Notes: generated from the sequence alone by a model not told the origin. A DNA stretch of 18,629 nucleotides from Chloroflexota bacterium (GCA_027623195.1 JAQBUT010000039.1:1-18629), one strand, 5' to 3'. Numbered from the stretch's first letter, positions 7,824-15,983 are shown. Made by a program: numbers and translations.

Positions 7824-8438
7824 ATGGAAATTGGACAGATCGCGGATGAACTGAAGCTGCTGGGCAGCACCGGCACCAAAGTACCTGGTTTCCGTCGAAA
7901 GGTAATGGTCGACATTGACCGAATGATAGCTCTGGGCGATGAGTTGCGCAGGTCCATGCCTGCCGACATGCAGGAAGCCTCCGAAGTCATCAAGATGAAG
8001 GAGAGCATAATCAACCAGGCCTACCTTGAGGCCAAGCGTATCCGGGGCGGGGCCGAAAATGAGGCCAGCGCGCTTACCTCGGCTGCTCAGGAAGAGCATG
8101 CGTCCAAGGTTGACGATTCCGAGATTCTGAGGGCAGCGGAGTTAAAGGGGCAAGAGATTAGGGAAGAGGCGGCGTACGAGGCTCAGCAGATTCTGCAGGA
8201 CGCCCAGCGCAAGGCCTACCGAATCATAAATGAGTCCGAGGGCGCTTCCATTAGCCGACGAGACGGCGCCGACCACTACGCCCGCGAAGTGCTGTTCAAC
8301 CTGGAAGAACAGATGGCTGATGTGCTGGGGCAGGTACGGCGAGGCATCGACGCCCTGAAGCTGGAAATCGAGTCTTCGAAAAAGCAGCAACAGACGATAC
8401 ATCAGATAGGCAATGGCATAGAACAGATACCCGCCTAG
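7824..8438 (+). CDS. Conserved coiled-coil protein downstream of coaD (SepIVA/DivIVA-like)
   Basis: KVPGFRRKVMVD...LRRSMPADMQEASEVI...IINQAYLEA...GADHYAREVLFNLEE, an A/E/Q-rich coiled coil in the usual position after rsmD-coaD. Confidence 0.8.
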   Translation: MEIGQIADELKLLGSTGTKVPGFRRKVMVDIDRMIALGDELRRSMPADMQEASEVIKMKESIINQAYLEAKRIRGGAENEASALTSAAQEEHASKVDDSEILRAAELKGQEIREEAAYEAQQILQDAQRKAYRIINESEGASISRRDGADHYAREVLFNLEEQMADVLGQVRRGIDALKLEIESSKKQQQTIHQIGNGIEQIPA

Positions 8439-8460
8439 CGCCTCTCTCATGTAAGTAAGA

Positions 8461-8501
8461 AGGGCCCGACTCACCACGGCGAGTCGGGCCCTCTTTTTTT
8501 T
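8461..8501 (+). terminator. Rho-independent terminator (probably bidirectional)
   Basis: AGGGCCCGACTC-accacggc-GAGTCGGGCCCT, a 12-bp stem followed by C and T8, between convergent genes. Confidence 0.9.
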
Positions 8502-8515
8502 GCCTACATGGTTTC

Positions 8516-9262
8516 TTAGGCTGGTTTATATGCCCGGATGTTCATGCTGTGCACGTCAGATGCCCAGCTCTCTTCGCCACTCCAAGGCTTGTCGTCCAGA
8601 ATCTGAGCGTCCACGAAGCCCGCATCTCGCATCTTACCCAGGTAAACGTCTTTGGGCTCTGCTCCTGAGAGGCACATTACCCAGTTTTTCTTGTCTGCCT
8701 TCGCCTCGTCTGGTAGCTCGTTAACCAGCAGCATGTCCGAGATGTAAGCTCGGCCTCCCGGCTTCAGGATTCGGAACGCCTCACGGAACACCTCTCCCTT
8801 GTCTGCCGCGAGGTTTATTACACAGTTGGAAATTATAACGTCTGTGGATTCATCCGCCAGGGGAGTGTGCTCCATCTCTGTCAGGTGGAACTCCACGTTG
8901 CTCATGCCCAGTTTCTTGGCGTTGGAACGCGCCAGGTCGATCATGTCCTGAGTCATGTCCACGCCAATGACCTTGCCCCCTGGACCTACGGCCTTTGCCG
9001 CGATGAAGCAGTCGATGCCCCCGCCGCTGCCAAAGTCCACTACCGTTTCTCCAGGTAACAGCTCTCCGATGGCCGTCGGGTTGCCGCACCCTGCCGACGC
9101 CAACACGGCCTCCGTAGGCAAGCCCTCAATCTCGTCGATGGCGTAGAGCTTGCTTGGCTCCGCGCAACAGTCGGTGGAGCAGCACGCGTTGGCGTTTTTT
9201 GCAACCTCTGCGTAGTGCTCGCTTACCAGTTCCCTTACTTCAATGTTAGTCAGGTCAGCCAT
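8516..9262 (-). CDS. arsM: Arsenite S-adenosylmethionine methyltransferase
   Basis: N-terminal CC..CC, GCGNPTA, DFGSGGGIDCF (SAM motif), GVDMT, DVIISNCVINL, FRILKPGGR and W..CLSGA, matching the four conserved Cys positions of ArsM/AS3MT. GGGAGG RBS. Confidence 0.93.
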   Translation of the reverse strand: MADLTNIEVRELVSEHYAEVAKNANACCSTDCCAEPSKLYAIDEIEGLPTEAVLASAGCGNPTAIGELLPGETVVDFGSGGGIDCFIAAKAVGPGGKVIGVDMTQDMIDLARSNAKKLGMSNVEFHLTEMEHTPLADESTDVIISNCVINLAADKGEVFREAFRILKPGGRAYISDMLLVNELPDEAKADKKNWVMCLSGAEPKDVYLGKMRDAGFVDAQILDDKPWSGEESWASDVHSMNIRAYKPA

Positions 9263-9327
9263 AACGATCCTCCCTTTGGCCTGTTCTCAATCTTTGAATT
9301 GCTACTCATCAGTGTTACGTTTTGGAC

Positions 9328-9732
9328 CTAGTCCCCACCACAGCAGCCGCATGCCGAATCGACTGTGGCTCCGGCCTCTTTGACCGAGTTGTTCAGATAG
9401 GGCAGCACGCTGGCCCAGACGCGGGCGGCGGACCTGTATGCTTCCAAGCCCTTGTCGGTGAGGCTGCACACCTTGCGTTCCCTGCCGTCGATGACTTCGC
9501 TTTCGCATTCCACGTAGCCGCCTGCCACCATCTCTTTGAGCGTGGGGTAGATCATGCCGTCGGTGGGTTTGCACCAGCCCTCGCAACAGACTTCGATGCT
9601 CTTGGCGATCTCGTACCCGTACATAGGCTTCTGGAAAAGCATTCCCAACAAGAAATACCGGGACGCGCTCTTCTTTATGAGGTTCTCCCAGTACTCCTCG
9701 GAAACCATGTCCGGCTTTGCGGTAGTAACCAT
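9328..9732 (-). CDS. PadR-family winged-helix regulator, Cys-rich
   Basis: PMYGYEI, G.IYPTL and GRERKV.SLTDKG PadR motifs. Eight Cys, including CCEGWC and a C-terminal CGCC. GAGGA RBS. Confidence 0.92.
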   Translation of the reverse strand: MVTTAKPDMVSEEYWENLIKKSASRYFLLGMLFQKPMYGYEIAKSIEVCCEGWCKPTDGMIYPTLKEMVAGGYVECESEVIDGRERKVCSLTDKGLEAYRSAARVWASVLPYLNNSVKEAGATVDSACGCCGGD

Positions 9733-9757
9733 AATTTTCCTCGGTATACCTATTCAT

Positions 9758-9806
9758 CCAATATATTGGTCAGCTTTATATTACTTGCGTAGGTATGCCT
9801 TGTCAA
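9758..9806 (-). promoter_or_regulatory. Promoter and candidate operator of padR-arsM
   Basis: TTGACA (9806-9801), 17 nt, TAATAT (9783-9778). A perfect 12-bp palindrome CCAATATATTGG (9758-9769) lies just downstream of the predicted +1. Confidence 0.7.
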
Positions 9807-9881
9807 CTTCTGCCGGAAATTGTAGGGGATGCGCTGTTCGGGATTGATTCTTCGCGCCATTAGTTGGGAGGGGGAGGTGCC

Positions 9882-11087
9882 TTATTCGGGCAGGGTTTCG
9901 TAGATCATCTCGTAGCTGTGGTATCGGCTTTCCGCAATTGCGCCCTCGGCCACGCCATCCGTGATGGCGCAGCCCGGCTCAATCAGGTGGGTGCAGTTGC
10001 TGAAACGGCACGCTCCGGCAAACTCCACCATTTCTGGAAACCAACCCGCAAGATCCATCTGGCGAAGTCCGCTAAGGCCAAATTCGCGGATGCCCGGCGT
10101 GTCGACCACGGCGCCACCGAAATCCAGCCAGTGTAGCGTGTACTGCGTTGTGGTGTGTCGCCCTTCTCCGCTCCACTCGCTAATCTCCCCGGTGCGCAGG
10201 TCTAGTCCAGGCTGAAGGCGGGAAATTAGAGAAGACTTGCCTGCGCCGGAAAGTCCCGTCAAGGCTGTCAGTCGTTCCTCTAATGCAGCCTTCAACTCGT
10301 CGATTCCTTCGCCGGTCTTGGCGCTGGTCTTTATGACGCTATGGCCCAACTCCTGGTAAACCCTGGTGACATCCTGAAATTCCAAGTCATCCTCAATGAC
10401 ATCCGCCTTGTTCACGCAAATGATGGGCTCCAACTCGCTTATGTCCGCCGCGATGAGGCAGCGGTCGATAAGCTCCGGCCATAATAGGGGGTCCTTCCAG
10501 GAGGAGACAATGAGAAGTTGATCAGCGTTGGCCACCATGAGCTGCCGTCGGGTGGCGCTGAAGGCATCAGGGCGGGTAAGCATGGTACGCCGGGGTAGCA
10601 CGCCTTCTACCAGACCTTCTTTTTGGTCCGTGGCGCTCACCATCACCTCGTCACCTACGGCAACGCCATTGGTGAACCCCGTCTCCAGTCCGCTGATTCT
10701 GCCCCTTAGACGGCAGGACACTATTCGACCGTCCAGTTCCACGTCGCACATGGCTTTCGTGACTGAAACGACTGTGCCCTGAACACCAGCAGGGGGTTTC
10801 GTTTCTGCGACGGTCTGGCTATCGCCCAGGGCCTCTCGCTCAATCCTGCGCCGTCGATCCCGGTCGTCCTCGGGCATGATGGTTTCGCGACCCGTATGGT
10901 CGGACTCGTCCCAATCTTCATTATTGCCGGAGCCCCAGTCGCGGGTTCTAGGGGTGGTGCTCCGAATATTCCGCCTTAGACCGCGCTTTCCCAAGCGGTT
11001 GCGGCGTGTGCTTTCGCCTTTTACCGTGCTTTCCTCATGCTGTTGCACGGTCTTTCCCTTGTCCGGCGTGGTCTTGTCTTCGTCCAA
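9882..11087 (-). CDS. rsgA: Ribosome small subunit-dependent GTPase A, with long charged N-terminal extension
   Basis: Circularly permuted G motifs NKAD, GLSGAGKSS, GRHTTT and DTPG, plus a CRFSNCTHLIEPGC Zn finger. TTG start with GGAG RBS. Confidence 0.96.
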   Translation of the reverse strand: MDEDKTTPDKGKTVQQHEESTVKGESTRRNRLGKRGLRRNIRSTTPRTRDWGSGNNEDWDESDHTGRETIMPEDDRDRRRRIEREALGDSQTVAETKPPAGVQGTVVSVTKAMCDVELDGRIVSCRLRGRISGLETGFTNGVAVGDEVMVSATDQKEGLVEGVLPRRTMLTRPDAFSATRRQLMVANADQLLIVSSWKDPLLWPELIDRCLIAADISELEPIICVNKADVIEDDLEFQDVTRVYQELGHSVIKTSAKTGEGIDELKAALEERLTALTGLSGAGKSSLISRLQPGLDLRTGEISEWSGEGRHTTTQYTLHWLDFGGAVVDTPGIREFGLSGLRQMDLAGWFPEMVEFAGACRFSNCTHLIEPGCAITDGVAEGAIAESRYHSYEMIYETLPE

Positions 11088-11173
11088 ATATAGGCTCCAG
11101 AATGCTGTCCGATTAGGGCTGGCGTACCGTTCGAGGGTACCTTACGTAGCTATAAGCTTCACCTGCAGTGCCC

Positions 11174-11202
11174 ATTATAAGGCAGGTTGTTAGGCTTCCC
11201 AA
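11174..11202 (-). promoter_or_regulatory. Promoter candidate for rsgA
   Basis: TTGGGA (11202-11197), 17 nt, TATAAT (11179-11174). Confidence 0.5.
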
Positions 11203-11238
11203 TAAGCCGATAGGGATTCAGGCGCAAGGAACCTGACG

Positions 11239-12672
11239 CTACATCATCTTTTTGTAGACCTGCTGGCCCTGTCGGAACAGGTCTACAACCTCTTGCCTCT
11301 GCTGGTCGGTGTAGAACCGGCCCTTGGCTCTCACCCACTCCAGAGATGTTTCTATGCGGTTGTCGAACCAGGCCGCAGCGGCCTTCTTCTCGTCGCTGCC
11401 CCTGCCTGCATTAACGTAAACAGGACTGGTGTGGGCGAACACTGGCTGGAAGAAGCTGTCCCTGGCGTCGCTGGAGGCCTTGGCGGCAATCCATCCGTCG
11501 GCGTTAACCTCCACGTCCGCTTGCAATTCGCCGTCAGTGGATCCTTCGGAAAAAGCCTCCCCCGCAACGATGTTGCCGTTGTACAACAACTCAATGCGGT
11601 TCACGGGGTAGTGGGACTGCCAATGTATTCTCACGGCTAGCTTTCGCCCCACGTCGGTCTCGATTTCGGCCCCCGGTGTCTGTCCGTTGACTTCCAGGTG
11701 CAGCGCCGGGCCGTTGGTGATGAACGTCCGGCCATCTCGGAGCGCCTGTAGCCAGGACTCGTAATCGAATGCGCCGCCTGTGTAGCTGTAGACGCGGTTG
11801 GCCGAGCTTATGTACCAGTCGGAGCCGGTGGACGCAGGTAGACGCATCCCGGCGTTCAGCATCTGGTAGTAGATATCGTATTCTGCGTCGTTCCAGCTTG
11901 GATCGAACAGGTTGAAGGCATCCAACTTTCCCAGTGCGGCCGCCACAGGAGCCTCCATGCCCTGACCGTTGTGGCACCAGATGACCAGGCCTCCTTGCCT
12001 CCGAGCGTCGTCGCAGGCGAAGGAAAGGGGAGGGTAGTCCGGCTCAAAGGCATCGATCAGTACCCCGCGGCTGAGAGGCTCAACGGCGTTGCGTATGTTT
12101 AGCAGCATGATGTGGCCGTAACCTATGGTCCAGGGCTCCTGGTTGTGGCGGGACTCCTCGCCACTCTGCACGTAATGGTGGGCAGACGAGAAGTCCGTAA
12201 GCACTCCAATGGGGTACTTGTTAGTGGCGTATTCCAGGCTCCCCCTCTTTAGGATGCTCACCGCCGTCATGCGTAGGTCCTCGATACGGGGGTCCAGCTG
12301 TAGGCGCTCGTCGGGACGGCCCTCCTTTTCGTCATAGTGAATATGTGTGTTGCCGGGATGCCAACCTTGTTGCGCAAGGCCGGACCAGCGTTTCAGTGTT
12401 ATCTCCACAGCTTTTGCGCCGTTCGGGGGGACATCCAGCTTGACGATGACCGGGGCGTACTCGGTGCCTCGCTCCACGATTACCTGCGTAGGGCCGCGGA
12501 TGACTTCTACTTCGAAAGCGCCGTCGCTGTAAAAGAACGGTGCGCCGGTGCCAACCTTGAGTATGGCGCCCGGTGGGTGAATGAACATTCCTCTGGAGTC
12601 CAACACCTGCACTCGCGCAGCCACTCGCTCCCCGGAAGTCTCGTCGATAAGTACGCCTGCAAGCTTGGTCAA
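11239..12672 (-). CDS. CehA/McbA-family PHP-like metallohydrolase
   Basis: N-terminal beta-sandwich (ERGTEY), GWHPGNTHIHY, GEESRH, YGH, WCHN, YYQMLNAG.R.PASTGSD, GRTFITNGP and a C-terminal FAHTSPVYV. AGGAG RBS before the TTG. Confidence 0.85.
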   Translation of the reverse strand: MTKLAGVLIDETSGERVAARVQVLDSRGMFIHPPGAILKVGTGAPFFYSDGAFEVEVIRGPTQVIVERGTEYAPVIVKLDVPPNGAKAVEITLKRWSGLAQQGWHPGNTHIHYDEKEGRPDERLQLDPRIEDLRMTAVSILKRGSLEYATNKYPIGVLTDFSSAHHYVQSGEESRHNQEPWTIGYGHIMLLNIRNAVEPLSRGVLIDAFEPDYPPLSFACDDARRQGGLVIWCHNGQGMEAPVAAALGKLDAFNLFDPSWNDAEYDIYYQMLNAGMRLPASTGSDWYISSANRVYSYTGGAFDYESWLQALRDGRTFITNGPALHLEVNGQTPGAEIETDVGRKLAVRIHWQSHYPVNRIELLYNGNIVAGEAFSEGSTDGELQADVEVNADGWIAAKASSDARDSFFQPVFAHTSPVYVNAGRGSDEKKAAAAWFDNRIETSLEWVRAKGRFYTDQQRQEVVDLFRQGQQVYKKMM

Positions 12673-13190
12673 AATGTCATCTCCTTGCGCTTGGCCAGTC
12701 TATTTCTAAGTTACATGCCGGCTGGGGGTAATCTGCATGCGATGTGGGTACATTCACCCAGAAAACCATGTGTGTCACCCATCGGGCCCCTCAGGTACAT
12801 TCCCGAACGAAAAGTCGGGTATTTGCTGGGATTATTGAAATCCATAATGGTTACTTGCCGGGTGTTATAGGGCTCCACGCCTACGATGCCTGAGTGTGCC
12901 ATTTTATACAAGTATAAGAATAAAACTAAACATAATTCGGAACGAACGTGCGAAATATTATGGAATGCCTCAATCTATGGGGGCTAGCCACAGTATGAAT
13001 TGCGTGCAGACCCAGTACATCGATTGCGCATGCCATATTACCTTTAATTCGCGCTTACGTGAACAAACATAAATACCCAATTTTGGGTACGCCATTTAGC
13101 AGATACGCTATTCGAAAGTCGTGGAAATGCGACTAACTTTAGGCAGAGAGTTATAACATTCTGTCAATATCTGAGGGGGCCACCTAGGTT

Positions 13191-14011
13191 ATGGCGAATG
13201 ATTCCGCCACACTGACGCTCAAGCTGCTAGAGGCGTACCGCGAAACATCGGATCCACAGGCTCGCACACAGCTAGTTACCAATTACGTACCCCTGGTTCG
13301 CCGGCTGTGCAGAAGATTTCGAACTTCCCGAGAGCCACAAGAAGACCTGTTTCAAATTGGTATGATTGGCCTCCTGAACGCCATCGAAAAATTCGACCCC
13401 GAGAGGGGCACCAGCTTCTCTTCTCTTGCCATCCCAGAGGTACTCGGCGCCATACTCAACTACCTTCGGGACCACGGCAGCCTTATCAAGATACCCCGAA
13501 CCCTACGACGTAACAAGCTCACCATAGACAAGATCGGAGATTCCATAGCCTCTTCTCTGGGCCGATGGCCTAACGTGGCGGAGCTGTCCGAGGCCTGTGA
13601 CCTCACCGAACAGGAGATGTGGCCGCCACGGAGCTGGGTCGCATTGGTGACCCCCGGTCATTGGACGAGAGCGTTGAGACGGATGACTCCGATGGCAGCG
13701 TTTCTCTGTCCGACTATGTGGGTTCTGTCGACGTAGAGTTCGATCTCTCTCTGGACCGGCTGACGCTGGCGACGGCGTTGGACACCTTGCCAGAGCGCGA
13801 GAAGACCATCCTTCAACTTCGATTCTACAAGAGCATGTCCCAGCGGCAGATCGCAGAGCGAATCGAGATTTCCCAGATGCACGTCTCCAGGCTGGAGCGC
13901 GCGGCCCTTCAAAAGCTGCGGGGCGTCTTGCAGAGGAACTCGGCAGCGCTCACTGCCCCGGACTCTGCTCCCAAGGCTAGGACAAGGTCCCGCGCCAAGG
14001 TAGCCAGTTAA
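13191..14011 (+). pseudogene. SigB/SigF/SigG-type (group 3) RNA polymerase sigma factor, split by a -1 frame change near 13617-13621
   Basis: The first frame encodes regions 2-3 (EDLFQIGMIGLLNAIEKFDPERG...IKIPR...LGRWPNVAELSE). The second frame encodes PRSLD and region 4 (LPEREKTILQLRFYKSMSQRQIAERIEISQMHVSRLERAAL). Joined length would be about 273 aa. Family call is firm, but pseudogene status is uncertain. Confidence 0.85.
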
Positions 14012-14082
14012 TTCTCAATCGCCAGCAATTTGCAATGTAGTTCAGAGGGAGTCGTCGTGGTGGTTCCACAAGGCCAAACCAC

Positions 14083-14934
14083 CTAGGCGATTCCTTCTTG
14101 GGCAAGTAGCTCGCGCAATTGGGTTATAGTTTCAGCATTCTCTTCCAGCGTAAAGCCGTCCACCTTGTACTCTTGCAGGTTGCTCATGCCATCCACCGCC
14201 CCCAGGTCCGCCGTCTTCCGGATTAAGGTCATGTCCTCCTCTACGGTGGGCATGAGGTTCTTGCCAGACAATTTCGATAATGACGCCACCAGTCCATAGC
14301 CCCCCCAGTTTGACACACTGGAGAGCACCAGCTTTGACACTCCCGTCACACACGGCTCCTTCACCAGCGAATCAACGGTAGTAACCTCTTTGGCCAAGTT
14401 GCCCATGCCTATCTCGTTGCCGCCGTCGCCTACGCCCACGGTGTTGGGGTGATTCGTCACCAGGTAGTCGGTGCGGGCAGTGTATGGCGTGATGTCCCTG
14501 CCTCGCATATTCCGGTACATCTTGTCGTCTGTAAAGCCGCACCGTTCGATGGCGATGACAACGGACGGGTTTAGGCGTTCCAAAAGCTCCTTGGCGAAGG
14601 CCTCGCTGGCTTCATCGTCAGCGATAGGGAAGTCTATTATTCGCGAGGTTGTGCTCCTGGTGCCGTCCATAACCTTTAAGCCGTGCTGGTCCGTTACGTA
14701 CACCACGTCGTATCCCAGGTTTTCCAGCCCGTTGCCAATGCTAACCGCCCCCGGAGGGCCGTCCGTCTCCACCACGCCGGCATCCAGAATGTAGAAGCCC
14801 GTGAGGATCAAAGCGGTGCCCGGGTTGTCCAGAATGAGTTGTGCCGCCTGGTCGCAAAAATCGACCGGAACGTACGGGCGTAACTTGGATATGCCCCGAC
14901 GGTCTCGGTCAAGTATGACGTCTTCTATGGTCAT
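14083..14934 (-). CDS. DUF4392 protein (D-glutamate cyclase-like C-terminal domain)
   Basis: RRGI, ILTGF, ETDGPPGA, IERCG, YRNMRG.DI, GVGDGGNEIGMG and VSNWGGYGL motifs. AAGGAG RBS. Confidence 0.9.
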   Translation of the reverse strand: MTIEDVILDRDRRGISKLRPYVPVDFCDQAAQLILDNPGTALILTGFYILDAGVVETDGPPGAVSIGNGLENLGYDVVYVTDQHGLKVMDGTRSTTSRIIDFPIADDEASEAFAKELLERLNPSVVIAIERCGFTDDKMYRNMRGRDITPYTARTDYLVTNHPNTVGVGDGGNEIGMGNLAKEVTTVDSLVKEPCVTGVSKLVLSSVSNWGGYGLVASLSKLSGKNLMPTVEEDMTLIRKTADLGAVDGMSNLQEYKVDGFTLEENAETITQLRELLAQEGIA

Positions 14935-14966
14935 TTAGAGGCTCCTTCAGTTACGAATCAGATATG

Positions 14967-14996
14967 AAAAAGGCTTGGCCGAGATGTTCGGCAGCC
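14967..14996 (-). terminator. Hairpin plus U5 between DUF1445 and DUF4392 genes
   Basis: On the - strand GGCU-GCCGA-acauc-UCGGC-ca-AGCC-UUUUU, immediately after the DUF1445 stop. Confidence 0.5.
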
Positions 14997-15791
14997 CTAC
15001 AGGACTGCCAGGTCCTCATCCTTTTTGTCCGTTATGAACATGTGCCCGGGGGCGTGAGTGATCATCAACGGCAGCTTTACGCTCATGGCTACGGCCTGAG
15101 GGGTAACGCCACATGCCCAGAACACTGGCACATCGCCGTCCTCAAAGGCCACGGGATCCCCAAAGTCTGGCCTGGTTATGTCGGAGATGCCTATGGCCTC
15201 CGGGTCACCAATGTGCACAGGGGCTCCGTGTACCGCAGGGAAGCGTGAAGTCACCTGAATGGCTCTAACTACCTGTTCGCGGGGAATGGGCCTCATGGAG
15301 ACAACCATAGGGCCTGAGAATGCCCCGGCCGGCGTGGTAGGGATATTCGTAATGAACATGGGTACGTTGGTGTCGCACTCGATGTGTCGCATGCTGATTC
15401 CGGCTCGTATCAGCGCCGTTTCGAAGGAGAAGCTACAACCTAGCAGGAACGAAACCAGGTCGTCTCTCCAGAATTCCGAGATATCCTCTACTTCGGAGAC
15501 CATCTCCCCGTGCTGGTAAATCCTGTACAGCGGAACGTCTGTGCGAAGATCGGAGGACGGCGCGAACTGCCGCGCCTCTGTTTCCCCGGCGTCCACCACC
15601 TCTAGCAGAGGGCAGGGCTTGGGATTACGCTGGCAAAACAGCAAAAAGTCGTAGGCCGTGTCCCTGGGCAGTATGGCCAGGTTGGCCTGCACTCGCCCCG
15701 GCGCCATCCCGCTGGTGGGGTGCACCAGTTCACCTTTTCTTATCAGGCCACGCAACTCGTCAGGTTTATCCGGCAACGCGGTTAGCTGCAT
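14997..15791 (-). CDS. DUF1445/UPF0317 (YcsI-like) putative hydro-lyase / D-glutamate cyclase domain
   Basis: PTSGMAPG.VQANL, DFLLFCQRNPKPCPLL, DLRTDVP.Y, GCSFSFE, VVSMRP, HGAPVHIGDP, PDFGD, PVFWACGVTPQ and ITHAPGHM motifs. AGGAGG RBS. Confidence 0.95.
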   Translation of the reverse strand: MQLTALPDKPDELRGLIRKGELVHPTSGMAPGRVQANLAILPRDTAYDFLLFCQRNPKPCPLLEVVDAGETEARQFAPSSDLRTDVPLYRIYQHGEMVSEVEDISEFWRDDLVSFLLGCSFSFETALIRAGISMRHIECDTNVPMFITNIPTTPAGAFSGPMVVSMRPIPREQVVRAIQVTSRFPAVHGAPVHIGDPEAIGISDITRPDFGDPVAFEDGDVPVFWACGVTPQAVAMSVKLPLMITHAPGHMFITDKKDEDLAVL

Positions 15792-15983
15792 CTGGAACCT
15801 CCTTTACTCAGGGTTATGGATGACGCTTGGATTGGACTGTATTCAAATTAGATGAGGGTAGGGTAATTCGCATTTGCACGCTAGTCAAGGTGCCTAACCC
15901 CGAGGGCCGTTGCCGTCGCAATGGACCCAGTTGCGGCGACTTAATGTGTGGCTGGAGATACAGAAATTCCGGGATACGAGAGC

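Noticed and set aside
9263..9330. Stop-codon read-through fusing padR to arsM
   Set aside because: I found no recoding signal after the padR TAG, and arsM has its own strong GGGAGG RBS and ATG.
9302..9792. ORFs 9302-9757 (-) and 9322-9792 (+)
   Set aside because: They overlap the clear PadR frame and have no recognisable motifs.
12711..12911. 66-aa minus-strand ORF in the sigma upstream region
   Set aside because: It has no RBS or recognisable motif and lies in AT-rich regulatory-looking DNA.
13651..13655. C5 run as the sigma frameshift or phase-variation site
   Set aside because: Sigma-like residues (AATELG) are already in the second frame about 30 nt upstream, and C5 is short for slippage.
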